In this document: in pieces, positions 56,101-64,000 of the stretch | Layout: every line of letters begins with the position of its first letter | Position numbering within the stretch: the first letter of the stretch is position 1 | DNA from: Mayamaea pseudoterrestris | Lineage: Eukaryota | Reading direction: 5' to 3' | Assembly (NCBI GenBank): GCA_027923505.1 | Contig: BROI01000001.1 | Location: 2,790,001-2,854,000, forward strand | Length of the DNA stretch: 64,000 bases | The notes under the pieces: model-generated | Seen by the model: the letters and a program-made list of their open reading frames with translations, nothing else | The model's database searches: none | What the model was told of the DNA's origin: nothing | Position numbers and translations under genes: made by a program

Positions 56101-57031
56101 TCATGTCAGCGGAAGGAAACATAGGAACAAACTTCAACAGGTAGAAGAGGACGATCATAGACGCACTGCAACATCAATTATGGAACAGCAAATGGAACGT
56201 AAATTTGCCGCACTGTCCGTGCTTGAAACCCCAGAAACAGCACCAAGCACTACGGTCGCCTGGAACAAGGGTGGGCGAAGTCCATTGCCAAACTATAAGC
56301 TCCCTGGACCGCCTCACAATACGCCATCATCTCTGATCTCACCGGTCAAGCTCAAGCCGGTTAGTTTGCGTGCGATTATCGAACAAGAGTCATCGATACC
56401 TGCCTTAAGCAAGAAAAGCGTCAAGCCGTCCGGACAAAAGTTAATACTCTCCCATACTCAGTCGCTCGGACTTCCGGTGGGAAGTCCTCCCTCTCTCGAG
56501 TCACCCCCATGGGCGAGCAGTGATGTGGCTGCAGAAAAGCCCTGCCCCCGCCGTGCACTTGCACTCGGAGAGTTCGTTAAGAAGCCCACGCTGCCAGTAA
56601 AGGTAATATCGACGAAAAGGTCAGCCTCTTGGAGTTTTTCCACATCACCACAAGCACCGCCGAAACCAAGCAGCCTTGGTACATTTGCGGACATCCAAAA
56701 GCAGCAGATTGAATTCAAGGAAAGGGAGGCAAAGGTGTGCAAATCACCAAACACAAAGTGGTTCATTGAACAACGTGAACGTGCCGGTTCGTTCAAGGAC
56801 ATCCAACAGCAGCATGAACAGGAAGTAGAAAAACGCATGTACATTGAAGAGCAGTTCCGCATTGAAAAGCAGATTATGGAGGAGCTAGCCTTGGCCAAGA
56901 GTGGGGTGAACTGTAAGAAGAAAAGGTCAACGAAGAAGAGTCACGGTGCGAAACGAGCATCTGTATTCGACGCCAAGGCTACCCGAGTAGATATAAAGTC
57001 AGAGTCATCACATGGTACCACTACCCCATGA
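53162..57031 (+). CDS. IBTK-like ankyrin + RCC1-repeat protein with U1-type C2H2 zinc finger
   Basis: DEESGYTPLHSAIYNG (ankyrin), multiple RCC1 repeats (H.L.VT..GQ.Y.FG....GRLG), and CEVCQVKC...Y.SHVSGRKH. Confidence 0.8.
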   Translation: MARSRRTRSTSGGSYREMTHQMVTTSPNTLKITANAAASEETRPAACRLLSAALHWRHADSGKTVMHNMHSDISRFTVAALLLARLRQLPASEDALKMQWLTVRDEESGYTPLHSAIYNGDLKSILLILRHAAAASSREGNLMMDEDALMPPRCMFRPMEALRLFEKNIKKASDKPQLYSVLSAPDNEGFTPGQLLAALQVNDLKQCRLRCVYRPTLQLSSSQRARELSFAEQNEVDDEDADDEQNEFNVLGRHVQRLTQEEAPTNAATKNDSLYACDVFTFGRAHPCALGVGQDTVPEQVRPQRVQAFAQSRLTDGAVHVAAAAHHTLVVTKAGQLYAFGLGKSGRLGTGSERNFPLPTRVLGALSNKNVVAVAAAENHSLCVTDDGQVFSWGSNGFGQLGVASGATMVMNASAFDGGRWLPRRIDDLKGIRCVAVAAGLKHSIALSDQGELYVWGDNTAGQLALSRRGGVHKVQRVEALWSNKSTRKKVLAIAASDQTSLVLTLPAGAGIPVNSIYAWGQGNHIPAKVNFDAVSRGIHRGHPVNPVAIACAKYHNAAISSDGLVYSWGLHSEPLGTATRSASPQPQLVTGMLPENGGGKAVAVAASENHTAIITATGALYTWGATNGRDVLGHAGVRWQEEPKCVAGVHRAVGVAAAKEHTVILVGTCFPPLPEDCASSLEAIASRTIAENIDAFNILPSLIVAERTASMPLIEYCMEFIRRNLDGVLNVAQRSVLDCYVNEQLQGCCISDKEDKDDAFHPLLGDIVKLAGKVLSNVKVWVDGCETLMQSNAVLLFVNKYSQSRFEERLCTRRSNLGDDIVRADIPTPMSSPGASHRYSNHCLSLIKDMDLSTKERTEAKQLCIAREIRGIRKRLNQIEQMRFESVECLTIAQRDKISRRSQLKADLLNFEAALGLIETKLIAYTNTDLGPNKDNLSFDQTQPRGLVSEERTSESRHWQTFYCEVCQVKCPDEGSYASHVSGRKHRNKLQQVEEDDHRRTATSIMEQQMERKFAALSVLETPETAPSTTVAWNKGGRSPLPNYKLPGPPHNTPSSLISPVKLKPVSLRAIIEQESSIPALSKKSVKPSGQKLILSHTQSLGLPVGSPPSLESPPWASSDVAAEKPCPRRALALGEFVKKPTLPVKVISTKRSASWSFSTSPQAPPKPSSLGTFADIQKQQIEFKEREAKVCKSPNTKWFIEQRERAGSFKDIQQQHEQEVEKRMYIEEQFRIEKQIMEELALAKSGVNCKKKRSTKKSHGAKRASVFDAKATRVDIKSESSHGTTTP

Positions 57032-57638
57032 TCAATCGATGCAAGCACCTCGAGTGAATAGTAACAACATCTATAGTTTTTGTCAAGTTTTTATACGCTT
57101 TAAAGCAATTACATGCCACGCGAGGCACATCTCATACATGTATAATATATGATCCATTTCCAAATTATGTATTACTCCCTACGTATTTACTTCAATAGAG
57201 CTCCTGCACTTCTTCTTACGTGGTGGATTCAAGGAGCACTCGATTTCAGGTTGGTATGAACGGACTGTAACATATAACATACGTAGCTATAACGTGTGAC
57301 TGTGACCGATGGCAAGCGTGACAAAAACGGCAGCGTCTACGACGCACGACACAACTTCCACTTTGTTGCTACCGGTTACTCGACTTGTCTGCAAAAGACT
57401 CTCGTGTCGTCGTCTAGAACTTGTTTAATCATTTCTACGCGAGTACATTTTAAAAGATTTTTGACTGGAAGCAGAAGCGACTTTTGTGAAATCAAGCGTA
57501 GCTTTTGAGGTAAAACACGATCCACCCACGAGAGAGAAAGGCCAACCACCTTCAACGCAGTGCGCGTTCCGCCTTGTCAAACACACCTACAAGCCAGTCC
57601 GAGTTCCATTCTTCTTATCAGTTACTGTTTGTCAAGAA

Positions 57639-58907
57639 ATGAAGCTGCAGTATAGAGACGTCATGATTCTCTCGTCGTCGTTCCTGATGATGGCGCTTTC
57701 GTTCCAAATTGCTCTCGTCGTCTTGGAGTCTCGCATGTTTCAAAAAGCGATTGATGAAGATGAAAAGCAGCTAAATTACAGATTAATACCATCGATGAGC
57801 AACAACGAAACGAATTCCTATTCTACTAAAACACCAAGCGATAGAAGTGCAGGACGCCAAAGAAACTCGTCACTTTTCATTTCAACAATACACGATCCAT
57901 CGCCCACGAGCAGCACTGACGAGTTCACACACGTTATTTCCAATGCTCCGCCGTGCATTCAGCTACAACCCGAACAAGTAACTTTTACGCTTGTCACGCA
58001 GTGTGGCGACGAGCGCGTTCCACTTATTGCCCAGCTCTGCGCGCGATGGAAGGGCCCACTTTCGGTTGCTGTATTTACGAAACGATTAGCCGAAGATATT
58101 GTAGAGGAGTTGGCTGCGCTAACGTGTCAAAGGGATCAGCTGACGGTTCGAACATTAGAGCCATCTGAATTATTTGCGGAAAACAGCTATCCTGTGAATC
58201 GTCTGCGCAACCTTGCCGTTGACGGAGTTACAACGACGCACATGGTCCACGTGGATGTGGATTTCTTTCCCAGCGATAGTCTGGAACAAACTATACAGAG
58301 TGATATAACGATTCGTCAAGTTCTGGCAGATGATTACAAACATGCGCTCGTCGTACCAGCCTTTGATTTCTTGCCAAATTGTCAACGCAACAAGTCTTGC
58401 GGCAGCGACAATGACTTGCTTTCGCGAATGCCACGCACCAAAGACTACTTGATGCATTTGTATGCAGCTAAGGAAGCCACCATGTTTCACGATTACTGGC
58501 CTCCAGCACACGACACAACGAATTATGCAACTTGGATGCAGCAGGCGGACGCCAGTTTGATACCCATTCCATGCATCAAATCGAATCACTACGAGCCCTA
58601 CCTTATTGTCCGCAAATGTTCTAAACTACCTCCCTTCCAGGAAGCATACAAGGGCTATGGACACAATAAAGCAAGCTTCACCATGCAACTTCAGGCCATG
58701 GGGTATCGCTTCAGTCAAGTGGGCGGCATTTTTGTTACGCACTTTCCCCACGCCGTGTCCAAGTCCAAGCAGCTTTACGACCAGAACAAGCACCGCAAAA
58801 TGGGCCAGCGACTACAAATGGAGCGGTTGGTGGCACGGTTTGCACAGTGGCTAAACGAGACATATGGGAAAATGCCGCCGCGAACGCCATATTGCAGTGC
58901 AGCATGA
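57639..58907 (+). CDS. Glycosyltransferase family 49 (LARGE/B4GAT1 glucuronyltransferase-like), type II membrane
   Basis: TM helix, TLVTQ, WKGPLS, YPVNRLRNLA, DVDF, VVPAF, YEPY, GYGHNK and FVTHFPH. Confidence 0.88.
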   Translation: MKLQYRDVMILSSSFLMMALSFQIALVVLESRMFQKAIDEDEKQLNYRLIPSMSNNETNSYSTKTPSDRSAGRQRNSSLFISTIHDPSPTSSTDEFTHVISNAPPCIQLQPEQVTFTLVTQCGDERVPLIAQLCARWKGPLSVAVFTKRLAEDIVEELAALTCQRDQLTVRTLEPSELFAENSYPVNRLRNLAVDGVTTTHMVHVDVDFFPSDSLEQTIQSDITIRQVLADDYKHALVVPAFDFLPNCQRNKSCGSDNDLLSRMPRTKDYLMHLYAAKEATMFHDYWPPAHDTTNYATWMQQADASLIPIPCIKSNHYEPYLIVRKCSKLPPFQEAYKGYGHNKASFTMQLQAMGYRFSQVGGIFVTHFPHAVSKSKQLYDQNKHRKMGQRLQMERLVARFAQWLNETYGKMPPRTPYCSAA

Positions 58908-59117
58908 CGGCGTGACGCAGTGAGACAGGCAAGCTATGAGATTTACCATGAGTCAATTTATGATTTCCTAAAAGCTTACTTTAATAAGGCCAATTTCAAA
59001 CGATGCTAATGAAGCAGCAACATCTTGCGCTAAATGCGATTTGTCTTTCGATTACTTACTGTTAGTGTGATCACCGATTTAGCACGCAAATACGCTTGCA
59101 TAAAAGACTTTTCTCTT

Positions 59118-61231
59118 CTACGCCGTCTCTTCGTCAATCTCAATGCTGAATCGCTCCAAGTTGCGCCATTTGTCTTTAATGGCAACTGGATCGCGCTTGG
59201 CGAGGCGAGCACCCGCCCACTCCTTCACCTGCTTCCATTTTCCTACACCAAACATGTCGACTCCTTCTCGAACGGCATCAGCTTCTTCGTCCGTCCAAAA
59301 TATCCGCGTGCGTCGAGTCTGGCTTTCCAGCGGGGCATCGAACAGTGAACCATCATCCGAATCGGCCCAAAGGTCTGGCTCTTCGCGCTTGGACGCAGAT
59401 CCATCTTTCTTTTGCAATGAACTACCGGTAGTCTTGCGCTTTTGGCGTGGCCGCTCGTCATTATTTGACTCGTTGGCGTCTTGGACAGCAAGGGGAGTCG
59501 ACTTGCTGGATGATCGCTTCTTGCTTGCAACATACTGCTTGGCGCGAGCATTCTTACGAGGCGGAGATACTGGCGCTTCATCTTCCGTAGTGTCGTCTGC
59601 GATATCATCGACCTTTTCGTCGCTCTCTTGATTCATAGGAAAATCATCCTGGATTCCAGCATCCAGTGTCTTTACTCCAGCCGTTGGCATTATATAAGGT
59701 TGCTGTACATTCTCAACTGGTAGCGACGAGCGCAATTCGGACGCTCCTCGCAGCGGACTACCAGCGGATGCACCACGCGACAATTGCTCCAAAACAATCT
59801 GCTCGTCCGGCGACGAGCCGAAGCCAGGTTCCTTGAGTGCACGCGGAGGTGAGTGCGTGTACTTTGGGCGACGAAAAGGTAGTGGATCGGGAGCTTGCGT
59901 CTCGAGCGGAGCGTCTTGACCGTCACCAAAGGAGCTCACGTCGTCATCCCCATCGTGCTGCTCAACGATTGGAGCCATCACGCCACCGTATCCCAACGCA
60001 AAAAGCGTAGGAATATCAAGGATACTTTCCGACCATTTTATCAACAAAGTACGCGTCTAATGCAAAAAGAGAAATGGATGTAGTTGCATCAGTGAGCGTT
60101 ATGGAACATTGCATAAAATTCCCTTGCATGCCCAAAATCATGACTTACCTTTTGCTGCAACTGCGCGTAAGAATAAGCATCATCGTCGTTCAAGCATACG
60201 CTCTGAATTGCTTGAATCAGCGTGGCCACGAGAGTACTTTGACTCTGACCCCGAAGAGTTGACGCAAAGGCCAACTGAGCCGGAATAATGGAGCTTCCTT
60301 CAAATAAAAGCTTCAGCGCTTCACCATACGACTGTAGACAAACTTTGACCATGGATGTAAGGTTGCGTGGACGAGCCTTCTGAATCTTGAGCAACGCCAC
60401 GTGCAAATCTGCCAGGGCGTCTTGAACGGCAAAAAGGTGAAGAACGTCCTTGTAATCTCCCTGCATCATTGGATGCTGCTCTAACTGCGCGTCAATCTCA
60501 GGATTCTCGAGCGAGGCAATATTTAATGAGTCTCCGACTTGTCCATCGCCGCCGAGTAATGAACCATGCTCGTCTACTGCGTCATCCGCTTGACTTGTTC
60601 CCAAACTGCTGCGTCGCGCCATGACTTGGATCGGAACAATAATGTTTGCATCCTTGCGAAGAAGCCGTAGTCGTAACCTATGGAAATCCTTGTAGTATCG
60701 CTTCCATTCCGAAAGCTCAAAGGTAGGAACGGTCGAGGTAGTTGGCAAGCCGGGTCCCATTTTCATTTCAATCGTCTTGTCGCAAACTTCGGCGTAGAAA
60801 GCAGTAAGCTGAATACGACTATTGAGTCGACCATAATTGATTTTGGCTTCAACGTAGGTAATGGCTTGTTCAATATCTAGAATATGCTGATGCAGCTTGA
60901 TAGAATCCGTTTGCAGCAAGGCCACGTGAAGAAGCCACTCCAAAACATCGAAGTGAATATCGGCGCGATTCGGAAGATTCGGCGGCAGCTGCGTGAATAC
61001 ATGCGACAGAGTTCTTCCTGGATTTCCAGCAGGATGCATGCGGGGGATGATGGATCGTGCAGCAGTAGCAGCAGATTCCATGCTGAGCTGTTGAATTGCT
61101 ACTCGAGAATGATGCACCTTTCCAGCTGCTGCTGGTGCCGGAGCGGCTTCGTTCTGATTCGTCTCTGACGCTGCTTGTTCGACGGCCGGCGGAGTTCCAA
61201 AGAATTTTGCAATAGAAGGAAAGAGAGGCAT
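59118..61231 (-). CDS. Telomeric repeat-binding factor (TRF)-like protein with C-terminal telobox Myb domain, 2 exons (61231-60149, 60056-59118), 673 aa
   Basis: A GTAAGT..CATTAG intron joins the two ORFs in frame. C-terminal FWTDEEADAVREGV..FGVGKW....RDPVAIKDKWRNL. Confidence 0.8.
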
Positions 61232-61621
61232 ATTGTATTGCGAATAAAAAAAGACGAGCTAACAAGATATTGCATGCGCGAGGTTCGTCATGGTTGATTT
61301 GGAGTTGAACGCTGCGACCAACGACGGCGTCAAAGTGTCGTGCAAAACGACCCGGAGGCTCCAGAACCTCGCGCCATTGAAAAGATAATTTTCACGTTTT
61401 CGTCCTAGCCACCGAGCATCATCTCACAAATAATCTTCATTGATCATCCCATCGTCTTTCTACAAGAAGTATTGAACAAACAAACATAACTCATAACTCG
61501 ATATTTCAGCACTCCGACTATCTAATCAATTTCAAAAAACCAACTAGGAACAGGTGCAGCCGACAGCTGGCTCATTATATCGTTTCATCAAGTCACAGCG
61601 ATTTTGCCAAGATCAAATACC

Positions 61622-62383
61622 ATGCCATCCGACGACCTTGTCGATGCCCCCATCACGCTGACTGGACTGTTCGCGACCGACTCGGACGATGACGAAGACC
61701 AATGTTATGTTCCAGTTTACGAGATTCAAACTTTGGAGTTAGCCGGAATGACTCTTAGAATCCGTCAATTTGATCATCATTCCCACAATGCCAATCGCGT
61801 CTGGCCAGGAACCTTTAACTTGTGCGAGTATCTAATCCAAGAAGACCAGCCGCACCTCGGAAAAGTCTTGGAACTCGGGACAGCAACAGGGCTACTTGCC
61901 ATTCGACTTGCTCATTGCAGCGCAGCTCATACTTTGCCTCCGTGTAGCAATCAGAAACAACCGCTGTGTCATTCCATCACGACTAGCGACGTTATGGACG
62001 AGAATGACGAGATTGCAGACAATCTGGCATTCAACTACGAGCTTAACAAAATTGCAACACCACCGCTACATGTGCCGCATACTTGGGGAAGTGGATGGGC
62101 GAGCAGCGTTGAACAGCTGCGTCAAGACAAGCAACTGGCTGCAAACGCTTTGCCTGACTCGTTTGACACTATACTGGCCAGTGACATTTTGCTGTACGTG
62201 TCGGCCTATCCAGCATTGGTGCAGACGTTAGAGGAGCTCATTAAGCCAAACACGCGATTCATCATGAGCTGGAACCGCCGAATGAAGGAGAGCGACGAGT
62301 TCTTTGAGCGCATGCGGCAGGCTGGCTTTCAAAGCCAGCATCTTGGGAGATGTGTGTTTGAATTCAAACGGCGGTGCACATAA
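61622..62383 (+). CDS. SAM-dependent protein methyltransferase (METTL21/23-like, Methyltransf_16)
   Basis: RVWPG, VLELGTATG, TSD, TWG and FDTILASDILLY. Confidence 0.85.
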   Translation: MPSDDLVDAPITLTGLFATDSDDDEDQCYVPVYEIQTLELAGMTLRIRQFDHHSHNANRVWPGTFNLCEYLIQEDQPHLGKVLELGTATGLLAIRLAHCSAAHTLPPCSNQKQPLCHSITTSDVMDENDEIADNLAFNYELNKIATPPLHVPHTWGSGWASSVEQLRQDKQLAANALPDSFDTILASDILLYVSAYPALVQTLEELIKPNTRFIMSWNRRMKESDEFFERMRQAGFQSQHLGRCVFEFKRRCT

Positions 62384-62458
62384 ACTGAAAAATACTATGT
62401 ATAGTAATCGAGAGCATGAAGATGTGATTGCAAAGCAGTTCCATTCGCGCCTTTTGCT

Positions 62459-63847
62459 TCATGAAAAGCATCGACTCGCCATATCAACTTTCAGCACTGG
62501 CTGTCGAATGTTTGCATATTCCGCCTCAGCATCCCACACGTGAACCTCGCTCGGTAACCGGCGGAATCGCAATACTTCCGCTTCCAGCTCTTGAATGCGC
62601 AACTGCGATCGATTCTCCGAATTACGCAAATCTCTAATCAATGTGTCCCTCTGAATAATTTCTGATTCCAGTCTGCCAATGTAATTGGCGGTTCTCCTCG
62701 AAGTCACACTCAAATTGTTCATGCTCTCTTCCAAACGATTAAAGTCGTATTGAACATTGTCATATCGCGTCCTGGCCGAGATATTTTCTGCTTTCTGGAT
62801 CAAAACGGTCTCCTTTGCGTAAGTCAATGCTTGTGCAAAAAGCTCGGTCAAGAATTTTGCGGAACCAATTTGCTGTAGCGCTACCAATGTAGACGGATCA
62901 TTAATCTTCATTAGCTCCCAGTTCTGCGACAGGCTTTGTATACACCGTTGCTGCAAGTCAGTGATTATATCAGCTAAAGGATTGACGATTGTGCGCTCAA
63001 GACGCAACAGCGTCATAGCAGCATTCCAGTCAATTTCTGGGAGGTAGAAGCTCTCCGTGAGTTGCAAAAAGATTTTCGAGTCATCGACACATTGCTGATC
63101 AACATTTTGCTCTGCGTCCACCAGTTTCTTGACGTAAAAACTTTCTAGAACATGTGCAACGAGCCTGCTGACATGCGAGCTAGAATTAGCTTTCGTCTCG
63201 TCATTCAAGACCAAATCAGCAGTCTGCAAGATTACCAGCATAAATGGAGGATCGATAACGTTCATAATCTCAGACTCTGGTGAAAGCTTAAGTAGATTCA
63301 ACGATCCAAGAATCACTTGGACTCGCCGTAGAATGCGATTATCGTGAAAATCGCTAGCTTGCTGGTAGTATGTAGCACAATTTTCCAAATTTAGATCCTT
63401 CTCCCAAAACTTTCTGGCCTGGAAGCGAAGACGACGAATCCCAAAATATTGTCCCAAGTAGTGAAGAGCCGTAGCCGTGTTTTTTGTGCAGTCGAGTTTA
63501 GGTGCGCCATAAATGAAATCAAGGACAGCGGGAAAAGCATTGGCTGCTAGCTTGTTCAATGGAATGCGACTAACACCGCTCAATGTCTCGGAGAAAGCGC
63601 CTTGCAGCAAGCGAGCAAAGTACTCGCTCTTTCTAGGTCCGAGAGCAAGCATGCTCTTGTGGACGTGGTAAACGTGTATGCGCGGTTTATCATCGTGGTC
63701 CGTCAAATGTTTTGTTGATGAAGCAACCTCAATCTCGATGCGATAATCTGAATGAGATTCCACACGGTCGAGGCGCCAGAGATATTTTTCTGTTACCTCT
63801 TCGGAAGGAGGATCTTCGTCCGATTCGTACGTCAAAGTCATAGACAT
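62459..63847 (-). CDS. BTB/POZ-domain protein with C-terminal coiled coil
   Basis: SDY.IE...YHVHKSMLALGPRKSEYFARL...FSE...AFPAVLDFIY...ATALHYLGQYFGI. Start uncertain (63847 or upstream). Confidence 0.85.
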   Translation of the reverse strand: MSMTLTYESDEDPPSEEVTEKYLWRLDRVESHSDYRIEIEVASSTKHLTDHDDKPRIHVYHVHKSMLALGPRKSEYFARLLQGAFSETLSGVSRIPLNKLAANAFPAVLDFIYGAPKLDCTKNTATALHYLGQYFGIRRLRFQARKFWEKDLNLENCATYYQQASDFHDNRILRRVQVILGSLNLLKLSPESEIMNVIDPPFMLVILQTADLVLNDETKANSSSHVSRLVAHVLESFYVKKLVDAEQNVDQQCVDDSKIFLQLTESFYLPEIDWNAAMTLLRLERTIVNPLADIITDLQQRCIQSLSQNWELMKINDPSTLVALQQIGSAKFLTELFAQALTYAKETVLIQKAENISARTRYDNVQYDFNRLEESMNNLSVTSRRTANYIGRLESEIIQRDTLIRDLRNSENRSQLRIQELEAEVLRFRRLPSEVHVWDAEAEYANIRQPVLKVDMASRCFS

Positions 63848-64000
63848 GATGGTGTTTGCATGAACTGATGATGACCGAAGAAGTCGGCATTGTGAAGGTT
63901 GATATTGCGGCGAAAGAGCCTCGACTACCCGTATCATAGTTGGCGCCCCTCGACGAATTTGGTGACACTTTCCGTTGTGCAACTGGGAAAGAAAGTCTTT

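Noticed and set aside
1895..61231. Functional cluster of chromosome genes (CTC1-like, HU, TAF6, CAF-1, CENP-B HTH, TRF-like) or of glycan genes (two GTs, sulfotransferase)
   Set aside because: The genes are dispersed among unrelated ones, and chance co-occurrence in a compact genome is sufficient without synteny evidence.

Overview
Compact, gene-dense eukaryotic nuclear DNA, most consistent with a pennate diatom (inferred from short GT-AG introns, signal peptide + 'xSS/xSA-F' plastid-type presequences and diatom-type hypothetical proteins). About 28 distinct protein genes are present, several reconstructable only by splicing. They include a CTC1-like protein, a spliced HU-like DNA-binding protein with a mitochondrial-type leader, GEX1/KAR5, aminopeptidase P, a DUF6625+GT49-like glycosyltransferase fusion, importin-7/8, TAF6, guanylate kinase, CAF-1 p60, a YghU-type GST, complex I B15, a sulfotransferase, a trypsin, an IBTK-like protein, a GT49, a telobox-Myb TRF-like protein, a methyltransferase and a BTB protein. 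The dominant structure is an exact head-to-tail 12,532-bp tandem duplication (26425-38956 / 38957-51488) with a blunt junction that breaks two genes. Other notable items are a 42-bp minisatellite with a hypervariable dinucleotide in a divergent promoter, a CpG-depleted relic, a recurrent GTACCGGTAC intergenic palindrome and a 67-aa N/S/G/Y-rich microprotein. I saw no rRNA, tRNA, CRISPR or intact transposon. All family calls come from motif recognition by eye, with no database searches.
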